Shown here: positions 20,854-30,724 of the stretch, one piece after another | Numbering within the stretch: position 1 is the stretch's first letter | How the letters are laid out: every line of letters begins with the position of its first letter | From: a bacterium | Lineage (GTDB): Bacteria; Zhuqueibacterota; Zhuqueibacteria; Residuimicrobiales; Krinioviventaceae | Length of the DNA: 64,000 nt | Reading direction: 5' to 3' | Assembly (NCBI GenBank): GCA_963675755.2 | Contig: CAXXMD010000003.1 | Location: forward strand, 1,344,001-1,408,000 | Notes under the pieces: model-generated | The model's database searches: none | Told to the model about the DNA's origin: nothing | What the model saw: the letters and a program-made list of their open reading frames with translations, nothing else | Translations under genes and position numbers: made by a program

Positions 20854-21396
20854 ATGAGTAGAGAAACAACACAAAAACTGGGCGAGTTTTTCAGAGCAGA
20901 ACACCAGAACCTGCGGGCATTTGTTCGGTCGCGGATTGCTTCGTTGGAGGAATCTGATGATCTACTGCAGGATGTCTATGTACAGCTTCTCGGGAATCTG
21001 AACGTGCTGGATTCCATAGACAACCTCACCGGTTGGGTCTATACAGTTGTCAGGAACCGGGTCATTGACTGGTATCGCAAACGTAAACCAGACACAATCT
21101 CTCTTGACGAACCGATTGATGAGGGAATTCGATTTGAGGATGTACTGACAGAAGAAATTCCTGCAGATTTGGATCCCGTAGAACGGGAAGCAATTTTGGA
21201 ATCCATCATGGCAAGCATTGATCAACTGCCTGAAAATCAAAAATATATATTTATTGAACAGGTTATCAATGGCAGGACGTTTAAAGAACTTTCCATTGAA
21301 ACCGGTGAACCGTTAAACACACTCATAGCCCGCAAACGATACGCAGTGTTGTTTCTTCGAGAAAGACTAAAATCATTTACCAAACAAGAGGTATAA
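20854..21396 (+). CDS. ECF sigma-70 family RNA polymerase sigma factor
   Basis: 'SDDLLQDVY', 'WVYTVVRNRVIDWYRK' (region 2), 'LPENQKYIF...GRTFKELS...NTLIARKRYA' (region 4). Confidence 0.9.
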   Translation: MSRETTQKLGEFFRAEHQNLRAFVRSRIASLEESDDLLQDVYVQLLGNLNVLDSIDNLTGWVYTVVRNRVIDWYRKRKPDTISLDEPIDEGIRFEDVLTEEIPADLDPVEREAILESIMASIDQLPENQKYIFIEQVINGRTFKELSIETGEPLNTLIARKRYAVLFLRERLKSFTKQEV

Positions 21397-21400
21397 TTAT

Positions 21401-21727
21401 ATGTGTGGACACTTTCATCATTCAGAGCACCCCGGTGCCGGTCGCATTGCGTTGACGATTGCCGGAGGTATAGCATTTGCCGCCATTATGGCAGCGGTTT
21501 TGGGTGTTATTGTTAAACTGTTGTGGAACTGGCTTATGCCCGATATATTCGGACTGACTACCATTACTTTCTGGCAGGCTTGGGGACTGGTTGTACTGGC
21601 GCATATCTTTTTCAAATCTTTTCCCAAACATGATTATCATCCACATAGTATTCATTGGAAAAAGAAATTTCATGATAAATACAAAGATCCTCATTCCGGT
21701 CATGAAGAGACAGTTTCGGAAGCATAA
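21401..21727 (+). CDS. Small membrane protein coupled to the ECF sigma factor
   Basis: 108 aa, 2 TM segments, 'LWNWLMPDIFGL..ITFWQAWGL', His-rich termini, 4 bp after the sigma stop. Confidence 0.7.
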   Translation: MCGHFHHSEHPGAGRIALTIAGGIAFAAIMAAVLGVIVKLLWNWLMPDIFGLTTITFWQAWGLVVLAHIFFKSFPKHDYHPHSIHWKKKFHDKYKDPHSGHEETVSEA

Positions 21728-21773
21728 TAACATACAAGAGATTCAAATCACTCAAACATTAACCGTATCAAAA

Positions 21774-21810
21774 TTAAACCGTGACGGAGTTAATCTCCGT
21801 CACGGTTTAA
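21774..21810. repeat. Palindrome family A copy (perfect 16-bp stem) between convergent genes
   Basis: ttaaaccgtgacggag-ttaat-ctccgtcacggtttaa. Confidence 0.8.
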
Positions 21811-21851
21811 CGAGTACAAAAAAGAACTTTCTCATTAATACATCCCCAAAA

Positions 21852-22457
21852 TCAATTCTGATTCAGCAACACATTCTCAGATTGTTCATCAAATACAGAA
21901 TGCTGCCAGTTGCCGGTAAATGCAAAAGAATTTAACGGCTTGCGGTTACGGGAGGGATCTCTTTCCTGTTCCGATCGGTATCCAATAGCAATTGCCGCTA
22001 CCGGTTCGTATCCCTGTGGTATAGTGTACTCTTTTTTGACAGCAGCCTTGTCAAAACCACCCATCTGGTGCGCATAGAGTCCCATAGACGCGGCTTGCAT
22101 CAGCATCATGGCGGTTGCCTGCCCCACATCATATAATGCATAAGGATTCGGCTGATTATTATGGTCAAAATCCATTTTCGCCACACTAATCATAAGCAAT
22201 GGCGCCTGCTGCGCCCATTCTCTGTTTTTTTCAAATAATATATTCAGCATTTTATCATATTCCTGACTATCCTCTTTTGATGCAATTATATACTGCCAGG
22301 GCTGCTGATTAAAACAGGATGGCGCGCTTTGAGCCGCCTGCATTAACAATTGTATTTTTTCGTATTCAACCGGACGTTCATCAAAACTGCGTGGACTGTA
22401 CCGGGTTGATAATACAGGATGTAATTCCAGTTTCATTTGTGTTGCTTCTTTCATCAT
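21852..22457 (-). CDS. Nitroreductase family protein
   Basis: 'RYSPRSF', 'AAQSAPSCFNQQPW', 'HQMGGFD', 'IAIGY', 'RNRKPL'. Confidence 0.9.
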   Translation of the reverse strand: MMKEATQMKLELHPVLSTRYSPRSFDERPVEYEKIQLLMQAAQSAPSCFNQQPWQYIIASKEDSQEYDKMLNILFEKNREWAQQAPLLMISVAKMDFDHNNQPNPYALYDVGQATAMMLMQAASMGLYAHQMGGFDKAAVKKEYTIPQGYEPVAAIAIGYRSEQERDPSRNRKPLNSFAFTGNWQHSVFDEQSENVLLNQN

Positions 22458-22469
22458 CGTTTATCCTTT

Positions 22470-23180
22470 CTAGTGCATGGGTATTTCAATAATCAATAAT
22501 TGCGATTCACTATCAGCGTTTAATAATACTTTATCCGTCTCCCATATTGCCAGTCCGTCCCTGGTATCTAACTTGGTTTCAGACGTGGTTACGCTTCCGC
22601 CAAGCACAAACAGGTAAACGCCATTTTTACTGTCATGCAGATCATATTGTATTTCTCTATCCTGATCCAGATCAATCATAGAAAACCAGGTATTCTGATT
22701 TAGCCACAAGGAACCATTGTTTTGCTCCGGAGAAACAATATATTGCAATTTGTTATGACGATCTTTTAAATCAAAGGATTTCTGATCATAACGCGGTTCA
22801 TGTCCTTGTTTGTCAGGAAACACCCATATCTGTAAAAAATGAGCAGCTTCCGTATCCGATGCATTATACTCGGAATGATATATACCCGTCCCTGCGGACA
22901 TGACCTGTACATCACCCGGTTTAATCACCTCTTCATGACCGCCGCTGTCTTTATGGGCCAACGCTCCCTTTAGGGGTATGGATACTATTTCCATATTCTC
23001 ATGCGGATGCGTCCCAAATCCTTCACCGGGAGCAACACTGTCATCATTCAATACCCGCAGTTTGCCAAAATGGGTACGTTCAGGATCATAGTAATTCGCA
23101 AAACTGAATGTGTGGCGGGTTTCAAGCCAGCCATGATCAAAATATCCTCTTGTATCTGCTTTATGTAATTTTGTTTTCAT
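22470..23180 (-). CDS. Pirin family protein (YhhW-like)
   Basis: 'HGWLETRHTFSFANYYDP', 'LRVLNDD', 'GFGTHPHENMEI', 'HKDS', 'MSAGTGIYHSE', 'LQIW'; start ATG 23180 with GGAG RBS. Confidence 0.92.
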   Translation of the reverse strand: MKTKLHKADTRGYFDHGWLETRHTFSFANYYDPERTHFGKLRVLNDDSVAPGEGFGTHPHENMEIVSIPLKGALAHKDSGGHEEVIKPGDVQVMSAGTGIYHSEYNASDTEAAHFLQIWVFPDKQGHEPRYDQKSFDLKDRHNKLQYIVSPEQNNGSLWLNQNTWFSMIDLDQDREIQYDLHDSKNGVYLFVLGGSVTTSETKLDTRDGLAIWETDKVLLNADSESQLLIIEIPMH

Positions 23181-23203
23181 TATAATCTCCAATATAATAT
23201 ACA

Positions 23204-23225
23204 AATTGATGTTACAACATCAATT
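23204..23225. promoter_or_regulatory. Palindromic operator upstream of the pirin-nitroreductase operon
   Basis: Perfect inverted repeat aattgatgtt-ac-aacatcaatt, 24 nt upstream of the pirin ATG. Confidence 0.65.
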
Positions 23226-23320
23226 AATCAAAAAATATAACGCCCACAATAGAATATTTATTCCATATTGTTTTAACAGATAGAAATTTTGAGATTGGTT
23301 TAATACAAAATAAGAATGGT

Positions 23321-23350
23321 TCACGAGACAGAAAAAGTCTCTGTCTCAAT
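23321..23350. repeat. Palindrome family A variant with compensatory changes
   Basis: gagacaga-aaaagtc-tctgtctc, same length and geometry as gtgacgga-gataatc-tccgtcac. Confidence 0.5.
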
Positions 23351-23374
23351 CAGGATTAGCTGTTATCAAAAAGT

Positions 23375-24901
23375 TTAATCAAACTTTTGCTTTAACAATT
23401 CCAGCATTTCGGGACGCCCCTCGTCCGTATCGCCCAGTTCCTTTCGCAGACGGAGCATTTCCCTTTTTAATTGTGCGACAGTCTCTGCATACCGGGAATC
23501 GGAATAAACATTATGCATCTCTTTTGGGTCATTTTCAAGATCATACAACTCCCATCCGGTTTTGGTAGGCGGCTGGTCTGCTCCGTTCATTCCCAAGGGC
23601 AGCCCGTAAAAAAAGATAAGCTTGTACCGCTTTGTCCGGACTCCCATGTGCGCGGGACGTGTGGTATGCAGCCAGTATCGATAATACATGATGGTTCGCC
23701 AGTCTTCCGGGGTTTTTCCGTTCAAATTGGATCTAAAACTGCGTCCTTGCATATAATCCGGTGTTGGTACACCTGCATAGTCGAGCATCATGGGTGCAAA
23801 ATCTATATTCAATATAATATCATTATTCTCTTTACCAACCGACAATTCATTGGGATAGCGTACAATAAAGGGCATGCGCAATGCTTCTTCGTACATCCAG
23901 CGTTTATCAATATAATTGTGCTCTCCCAGAAAATACCCCTGATCCGAAGTATACACCACCAGCGTATCGTCTGTCAAATTCTGTTCATCCAGGAAATCCA
24001 GAATCCGGCCCACATTCTCATCCACCCCCATAACGGCACGCAGATACATTTTTACAAATTTCTGATAAGTGGCTTTACGTATTTCCCGGGGCTTCATTCC
24101 TGTCGTTTCCAGAGCCGATTCAGAGTGATAGTTCTCCCGCGACTGGCGCTCTGCCATGGTCTCGCTTACGGTAAAGCCATAGTCCCGTGAGCCATCTGAC
24201 CGGTGGGATTTATCTTCAAACAGGCTCTCAGGTTCTGGCAGTTCCACGTCGATCAATGTATCCTTGAATCGTTTGGCATATTCCCAGTTCTCATGCGGGG
24301 CCTTGAAATGGCATTGCAGGAAAAAAGGTACATCGGGATTGCGCTGCTTTAACCATTCCAGCGAAAGATTGGTAATGATATCTGTTGAATGTCCTGTGTA
24401 CTGTTTTTCAGTGCCGCCACTCGTTCGAAAAACCGGATCATGATAGCGTCCCTGCCCACTCAACACCTGCCAGCCGTCGAACCCTGACGGATCGGTTTTG
24501 AGATGCCATTTTCCAAAAATTGCAGTCTGGTAGCCAGCTTTTTGCATCTCTTTTGCCAGGTTGGGTTTTGCCGGATTAATTGCATCTTTGAGTGTATAGA
24601 CACCATTGATGTGACTGTATTGTCCGGTATGGATAGAAGCCCTGCTTGGCGCACAAATGGAATTGGTACAGAAACAATTTTCAAGCTTGACTCCTTCTGC
24701 TGCCAGCCGGTCAATGTTGGGTGTTTTGAACACCGTGGTAAGGTGCGATCCGTAACAACTGATTGCTTTGGTGGAATGATCGTCAGACATGATAAACAAA
24801 ATATTGGGCCGTTTTTTTTCCCGATTCATACAGGATGAGAGCACACTCACAGCCGGTAATGCGGTCATTAATGTTTTCATAAATTGACGACGGTTTTTCA
24901 T
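23375..24901 (-). CDS. Cys-type sulfatase, Tat-exported
   Basis: 'NRRQFMK' Tat motif; 'RPNILFIMSDDH', 'CAPSRASIHTG', 'GKWHL', 'YTSDQG', 'DKRWMYEE'. Confidence 0.93.
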   Translation of the reverse strand: MKNRRQFMKTLMTALPAVSVLSSCMNREKKRPNILFIMSDDHSTKAISCYGSHLTTVFKTPNIDRLAAEGVKLENCFCTNSICAPSRASIHTGQYSHINGVYTLKDAINPAKPNLAKEMQKAGYQTAIFGKWHLKTDPSGFDGWQVLSGQGRYHDPVFRTSGGTEKQYTGHSTDIITNLSLEWLKQRNPDVPFFLQCHFKAPHENWEYAKRFKDTLIDVELPEPESLFEDKSHRSDGSRDYGFTVSETMAERQSRENYHSESALETTGMKPREIRKATYQKFVKMYLRAVMGVDENVGRILDFLDEQNLTDDTLVVYTSDQGYFLGEHNYIDKRWMYEEALRMPFIVRYPNELSVGKENNDIILNIDFAPMMLDYAGVPTPDYMQGRSFRSNLNGKTPEDWRTIMYYRYWLHTTRPAHMGVRTKRYKLIFFYGLPLGMNGADQPPTKTGWELYDLENDPKEMHNVYSDSRYAETVAQLKREMLRLRKELGDTDEGRPEMLELLKQKFD

Positions 24902-24995
24902 GGAACACCTTCAGCTTTTCATTTACATTTAACTTGCATGTTTTTCATGTGTATTGCATATTATAAAGTTAATTCATTAAAGATGAAAGATAAAA

Positions 24996-25682
24996 ATGGC
25001 AACAGACATTATCCAAATTCCTTTGGGAGTATCAAACGCGTACCTGATTAAAAGCGAAAAAGGTGCAATTCTGGTAGACACCGGCACTATTAACAGCGGT
25101 AAAACCGTTGAACGGGAGTTACAGAAACATCATCTTGAACCCACAGACATCAACCTGATTGTGATTACTCACGGTCATGCCGACCATATCGGTTCAGTTG
25201 CGGAACTGACCCGCATGTGTCAAGCACCTGTTGCAATCCATAAAGCGGACAGCCAATGGATGATCGATGGCAAAGCCATGCCCGCTACACCCATTACTGC
25301 CGGAGCAAAATTCATGTTCAGATTGATGAGACTTTTGCAATCGCGCTTATCTGTTGTTCCTGCTGTGCCGGACATATTGATTGATGACAACGGCCTGGAC
25401 CTTGAGCCCTATGGCATCGACGGGCGCATTGAACATACACCGGGACACACCGCCGGGTCCGTCAGCATAATACTCAATGACGGCAGGGTAATTGTGGGAG
25501 ACATGGCCATGCAGGGTATTCCCATATTGAGATGGAAAGCCGGACTCCCCACACTTGCGGATGATTTTAACCAAACCCAATCCACCTGGAAAAGGTTACT
25601 GGAGCGGGGCGTAAAAACCGTTTATCCCGGTCACGGCAACCCTTTTGATGCACAAATCATTGCAAAAGAGCTGGGGCAATGA
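24996..25682 (+). CDS. Metallo-beta-lactamase-fold hydrolase
   Basis: 'THGHADHIG' (HxHxDH), 'HTPGHTAGS', 'GD', 'PGHG'. Confidence 0.9.
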   Translation: MATDIIQIPLGVSNAYLIKSEKGAILVDTGTINSGKTVERELQKHHLEPTDINLIVITHGHADHIGSVAELTRMCQAPVAIHKADSQWMIDGKAMPATPITAGAKFMFRLMRLLQSRLSVVPAVPDILIDDNGLDLEPYGIDGRIEHTPGHTAGSVSIILNDGRVIVGDMAMQGIPILRWKAGLPTLADDFNQTQSTWKRLLERGVKTVYPGHGNPFDAQIIAKELGQ

Positions 25683-26002
25683 TTGAACACCCATAAAACA
25701 AATGACACAAATTTGCACGCGTTTTAATTGTAAGCGATTGCTAATTGGTTAATATTCTCAATTATTTCTTCAACGGTTTCTTTTACGCGTAAACCATATA
25801 TAACAAAAAATTTTTTGTCATTTCCTTTAACAATAAAAATATTATCAAAACTATTTTAGTAATTTCTCTAATAAATTCAAAACATCCTGTCGTATAAAAC
25901 ACCTGTATCGCTCTTGATCAAAAATAATTTAATTGATTTCAGACAAATTTTAGTGTATTTTCAATTCATACAGCAATCTCTTTCAACCCAAGGGTAAACG
26001 CT

Positions 26003-27241
26003 ATGAAAACATTATATACGACAAGTATCGCTTTTGTATTGCTGGTTGTACTTAACAATCCTCTATTCTCACAGGAACAGGAATGGGCGCGGTATCGCGG
26101 TCCCAATGGCAGGGGTATCAGCAACGTTGTGGATCTGCCAGCAACATGGACCGCCAAAGATTTTCTCTGGACGCTCAAACTGCCGGGTCGCGGACATTCG
26201 TCACCTATCATCTGGGGAAAGACAGTATATGCCACCAGCGCCAATAAAGAAAATACAACCGGGTATCTCTATGCCATCAATGCAGCAACCGGTGAGGTCC
26301 GTTGGAAAAAAGAATTTCCAATCTTTAGCGACGAGTTGAACAATTCCAACAGCCTGGCCACTTCTACGCCCTGCGCTGATGCGGACCACGTTTACAGCCT
26401 GTGGTATTCGGACGAGTCTGTTTTCCTCCTCGCCTTTGATCATAACGGTAATCAGGTTTGGAAATCAGAGTTTGAAGGCGTTTTCACCCGCCACGGTGCC
26501 GGCAGTTCTCCCATAGTGTTTGATAATGCTGTTGTTTTTACCCGTGAGCAGGAACTGAACGGTCCATATAAAAGTACGTGGGTGGCCGTAGAACGTCAAA
26601 CCGGTAAAACACGATGGGAGCTTGAAAGAAAAACTGTTACCAGCAATTCCTTTGCGGCACCGGTTATTTATAACAGCAATCCGGAATCTCCTGAACTGTT
26701 GTTCATGAGCGAATCTCATGGTATGACCATTGTTAACGTACATACCGGTAAAGTCGTTTGGGAAGAAATGATCACAAACGCCAGGGCCATTTCAACACCC
26801 CAACTTGTTGACGATCTGTTAATCGGAACCTGCAAAGGTCTAGAGTTCGTTATTCGCATTGACAAAGCCAACAAAATCCTTGAGACTCTGTACGAGAAAA
26901 AACGTAACCAGGCACCCTACCTGCCCACCCCATTGATCAAAGACGGTCTCTTGTACAATGCTTTGGACAATGGCAACATTATCTGCCTGGATTTGTTGAC
27001 AGGTAATGAAATATGGAAAGAAAAACCTGCCGGACAAATTTATGGTTCACCCATCTGGGCAGATGGAAAAATCTATGTGATTTCTAAAAATGGTGAGGTT
27101 ATTGTAATCAACCCCGGTAAAAGCGGTGGTGTTAGCTCGGTTATCCCCCTGGGAGAAAACAGTCAATGCACCCCTGCCTCAGCAAATGGACGGATTATTT
27201 TCAAAACCGAATCACAACTTTTTGCATTGGGGAAAAAATAA
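26003..27241 (+). CDS. PQQ-binding-like beta-propeller repeat protein (BamB-like)
   Basis: Signal peptide; 'WARYRGPNGRG', 'GHSSPIIWG', repeated 'A.TG...W' and 'SP....' blades. Confidence 0.85.
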   Translation: MKTLYTTSIAFVLLVVLNNPLFSQEQEWARYRGPNGRGISNVVDLPATWTAKDFLWTLKLPGRGHSSPIIWGKTVYATSANKENTTGYLYAINAATGEVRWKKEFPIFSDELNNSNSLATSTPCADADHVYSLWYSDESVFLLAFDHNGNQVWKSEFEGVFTRHGAGSSPIVFDNAVVFTREQELNGPYKSTWVAVERQTGKTRWELERKTVTSNSFAAPVIYNSNPESPELLFMSESHGMTIVNVHTGKVVWEEMITNARAISTPQLVDDLLIGTCKGLEFVIRIDKANKILETLYEKKRNQAPYLPTPLIKDGLLYNALDNGNIICLDLLTGNEIWKEKPAGQIYGSPIWADGKIYVISKNGEVIVINPGKSGGVSSVIPLGENSQCTPASANGRIIFKTESQLFALGKK

Positions 27242-27242
27242 T

Positions 27243-28604
27243 CTATTTTTTCATCCCATACTTTTGCATTTTATAACGTAAATGCCGTTCTGTCATACCC
27301 AGAGATTCAGCAGCATGGGTTTGCACGGAATTGTGTTTTTCAAGTGCTTCACGAATCAGCATCTGTTCAAAAGCCTCAACGCGCTCCTGAAAGGTTCCTT
27401 CTTCAAGGTTCCACCGTATTGCAGAAGCATTCTGCGTTACCATAAGCGGTAAATCATCGTACGCAATCACATCATCACGACACAACACCACAGCCTGTTC
27501 CATAATATTTTCCAGCTCACGTACATTTCCGGGGAAACGGTATTTAATCAGTGTATCCAACGCATCGTTTGATATCCCGCTAACGGGTTTGCCGTTCATT
27601 TCAGCATATTTTTTAATAAAGTGATCAGCCAGCGTAGGAATGTCTGACTTGCGTTCACGCAATGGCGGCAACTCGATCTTGACCACATTGAGCCTGTAAT
27701 AGAGGTCCTCCCTGAATGTGCCCTCTTGCACCATGTCCTCTAACGATCGGTTTGTTGCGGCTATTACCCGCACATCTACTTTAACCGGGTTTGAAGAGCC
27801 TATGCGCTCAATTTGTTGCTCCTGCAACACCCGCAACAACTTGACCTGAGTGCTGAGTGGAATTTCACCAACTTCATCAATAAACAGCGTACCTTCATGC
27901 GCGGATTCAAAACGTCCCAATCTCAGCTTGTCCGCTCCGGTAAAAGCGCCTTTCTCATGCCCGAACAACTCACTTTCAACCAGGTTGTCACTCAAGGCAG
28001 CCATATTTACAGCCACAAATGCCTTTTCAGCACGGGGACTTGCAAAATGGATGGCCCGGGCAACCAGTTCCTTACCCGTACCGCTTTCACCGGTAACCAG
28101 GACCGTTGCTTTACTTTGAGCAGCCCTTGACGCAATGCTGAGAGGCGGATTCATGGCCTCACCTTTGGTGATAATACCGCTGAAATTGAAACGATCTTTA
28201 ACCATTTCTTTTAATCGCTGGTTTTCATCCACCAGTTGTTTGTGCTGCAGCACCTTGTTAACGGTTATCTGAAGCTGTTCCAGATCAACCGGCTTGGTAA
28301 TAAAATCAGACGCCCCGTCTTTCATGGCCTGTATAGCATTTTCAATACTGCCATAAGCGGTCATGACCACAACTTCGATATTGGGATTGATATCACGGGC
28401 GGCACGCAACAATTGTAACCCATCCAGTTCAGGCATTCGCATATCCGTTAAAATCATGTCTACTGCCTGGTCCTTTACTGTGTCCAATGCCCGTATTCCA
28501 CCATCAGCTGTCAGAATATTGAATCCTTTTTTCTTTAAAAACCCGGACAATGCTTCACGCTGCGGGGCCTCATCATCTACTACAAGTATGGTATGCCTGG
28601 CCAT
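27243..28604 (-). CDS. NtrC/ZraR/AtoC-family sigma-54-dependent response regulator
   Basis: Receiver 'ILVVDDE...TDMRMP...MTAY...KP'; AAA+ 'GESGTGKE', 'ESELFGHEKGAFTGA', 'FIDEVGE', 'FREDLYYRLNV'; C-terminal Fis-type HTH. Confidence 0.95.
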   Translation of the reverse strand: MARHTILVVDDEAPQREALSGFLKKKGFNILTADGGIRALDTVKDQAVDMILTDMRMPELDGLQLLRAARDINPNIEVVVMTAYGSIENAIQAMKDGASDFITKPVDLEQLQITVNKVLQHKQLVDENQRLKEMVKDRFNFSGIITKGEAMNPPLSIASRAAQSKATVLVTGESGTGKELVARAIHFASPRAEKAFVAVNMAALSDNLVESELFGHEKGAFTGADKLRLGRFESAHEGTLFIDEVGEIPLSTQVKLLRVLQEQQIERIGSSNPVKVDVRVIAATNRSLEDMVQEGTFREDLYYRLNVVKIELPPLRERKSDIPTLADHFIKKYAEMNGKPVSGISNDALDTLIKYRFPGNVRELENIMEQAVVLCRDDVIAYDDLPLMVTQNASAIRWNLEEGTFQERVEAFEQMLIREALEKHNSVQTHAAESLGMTERHLRYKMQKYGMKK

Positions 28605-28606
28605 TA

Positions 28607-30694
28607 TTAAACTCCTTTGGGTAACTGTATGGTGAATAACGTACCCTGATTTTCCTTACTTTCCACATCAATGGTACCATTATGCTGAGAAATAATCTGT
28701 TGTACAATACTGAGACCTAGTCCTGTGCCTTCTTCTCGTGTTGTAAAGTACATATTAAAAATTTTATCGAGATGTTCCGGTGCAATACCTTTGCCATTGT
28801 CTTGCACGGTTAATCGTATCTTTTCATCTGTTTCAACCGCTTTCATGCTGATCTTTCCACCAGGCTTACTGGCTTCCATACCATTCCGCACAAGATTCAA
28901 GAGCACCTGTTTTAATTTATCAGCATCTACGGTTGCTTCCAGGTTCGCGTCACATTCAACAAGAAAAGAAAGACCTTTATGCTCAGCCTGAGGTTTTAAC
29001 AGGGTTTCAACATCTTTAAACAAAACGCTCAAATCCGCTTTAGCAAGACTCAATTCCGCGGGTCGGGCAAATTCCAAAAACTGATGTACAATGTCATTAA
29101 TTCTTCGCGATTCTTTGACCATGGTTTCCGACAATTGCTTATACTCTTCTACATCCGAAGCAGGCTCAAACTCTACTTTAAAGCGTTGCGCTATCATACT
29201 GATTGCATTTAAAGGATTCCTGATCTCATGTGCCACGCCCGATGCCAGATGCCCCATAGCCGTAATTTTATCTTTGCGCGCCAGATTTTCTTCAAGGTGT
29301 TTTTGCCTTGTAATATCTTTAACAACCGCAAAAATAATATCTTTATCTCTTTCATTGTCCGGCACTATATTCACGCTCATGGTTAAAATTCGGGATTGAC
29401 CATTAATATTCAACACCAATGATGGATAATGTGCTTCCTTGCCGGTTTCAACCACCTTTTTCAAATAATCACAGAGTTCGGGTATTATCTCTTCACAGGG
29501 CTCGCCCAAAACATCGGCTACCGGACGTTCAAACATCTTTTCCGCGGTTTCATTAAACAGCGTAATACGTTTATCCATATTGATGGCAATGACAGATTCA
29601 TCCATATGGGTCAGTATGCTGCCGGTATAACTCTCTATCTTGTTATACGCGTTTTGAAGCAATGAATAATTCTGATTCCCTACCATCCAATTGGTTACCA
29701 TCACACCTACCACCAGAAACAGGATGGATGCAATAAACACACGTCTTTTTGCACTTGACTGAGCTTCCTGCAGATGTCGGGTTGACAGCCCTATACGCAT
29801 AACTTCTTTTATCCCCGGTATGGATGGCTGAACCACTTCAAAAATACTTTCTCCATCAAAGTTTGTAAAACGTGTTTTAGGTTGCTCAGAATGTACAACC
29901 TCTTTTAAAAAGGGATCATTATCTATCGCTACCAGAGAATCCATATTTGCCGATGCCAGCAATATCCCCGTACTGTCCTGCAATACAATATATTCAATAC
30001 CATCACTATCTCCCACATCCCTTACCAATCTGCCGATTCCTATGGTTTTGCGAAAATTAAGCATGTCGTTGGCATCAATATTCAAAACAATGGCCCCGCC
30101 ATTGCGTCTTTTTTTAGCAACAGCAAATCGATTCCCTGTACTAAACCGGCTTTGCTTGAATCCAATTACCAATTCATCTGTCTCGGGATTATCAAGCAAA
30201 TCAAACAAGCGCTGGTTTGAATTCATATTTCTACCGGGCCCCATCCCCTGCCCCCCGCTCAATCCCAGGCCCATTCCCTGGCCGGAACCTCGTCCTGCTT
30301 CACTATTACTTTTTTCCCGAACGCCATTTGCATCAAACACATTGATGCGGAATATCTGGTTTTCCTTTGCAATCTGTATGATGGCCTCTTCAGTAAGAAT
30401 ACCTTTTGCATCCATTCGTTCTAACAATCGAACATTACTGAGAAGTTTTTCCGCCAGCAATTCTTCTACAAGATTAAAAGAACGGATTGCATTGTCACTG
30501 CTTTTTTGCATAGCCGTGATCATGGCAATGGCCTGCTCTTCCATAATATGCACCTGCTCGCGTTTGCTTGCCATCAATTCCATTACGGAATAGAGCACCA
30601 TTAAAAATCCAAAAATTATAAACAATAATACCAATATACGGGGACTGAAAACGGTACTGCGTTCTACCGGTTTTTCCGTTAACAAGGACTTCAT
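28607..30694 (-). CDS. Membrane sensor histidine kinase (2 TM, periplasmic domain, PAS, HisKA, HATPase), ZraS/AtoS-like
   Basis: H-box 'GVAHEIRNPL', 'QVLLNLVRNG', 'DNGKGI', 'FTT..EGTGLGL'; likely start ATG 30694 with GGAG RBS; 2 bp from the regulator gene. Confidence 0.93.
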   Translation of the reverse strand: MKSLLTEKPVERSTVFSPRILVLLFIIFGFLMVLYSVMELMASKREQVHIMEEQAIAMITAMQKSSDNAIRSFNLVEELLAEKLLSNVRLLERMDAKGILTEEAIIQIAKENQIFRINVFDANGVREKSNSEAGRGSGQGMGLGLSGGQGMGPGRNMNSNQRLFDLLDNPETDELVIGFKQSRFSTGNRFAVAKKRRNGGAIVLNIDANDMLNFRKTIGIGRLVRDVGDSDGIEYIVLQDSTGILLASANMDSLVAIDNDPFLKEVVHSEQPKTRFTNFDGESIFEVVQPSIPGIKEVMRIGLSTRHLQEAQSSAKRRVFIASILFLVVGVMVTNWMVGNQNYSLLQNAYNKIESYTGSILTHMDESVIAINMDKRITLFNETAEKMFERPVADVLGEPCEEIIPELCDYLKKVVETGKEAHYPSLVLNINGQSRILTMSVNIVPDNERDKDIIFAVVKDITRQKHLEENLARKDKITAMGHLASGVAHEIRNPLNAISMIAQRFKVEFEPASDVEEYKQLSETMVKESRRINDIVHQFLEFARPAELSLAKADLSVLFKDVETLLKPQAEHKGLSFLVECDANLEATVDADKLKQVLLNLVRNGMEASKPGGKISMKAVETDEKIRLTVQDNGKGIAPEHLDKIFNMYFTTREEGTGLGLSIVQQIISQHNGTIDVESKENQGTLFTIQLPKGV

Positions 30695-30724
30695 AACTTC
30701 TCCAGCATTGAATACCCACAAACC

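Noticed and set aside
20536-20904. 122-aa minus-strand ORF
   Set aside because: It spans two repeat elements and the ECF promoter region, has no RBS or recognisable motif, and is likely spurious.
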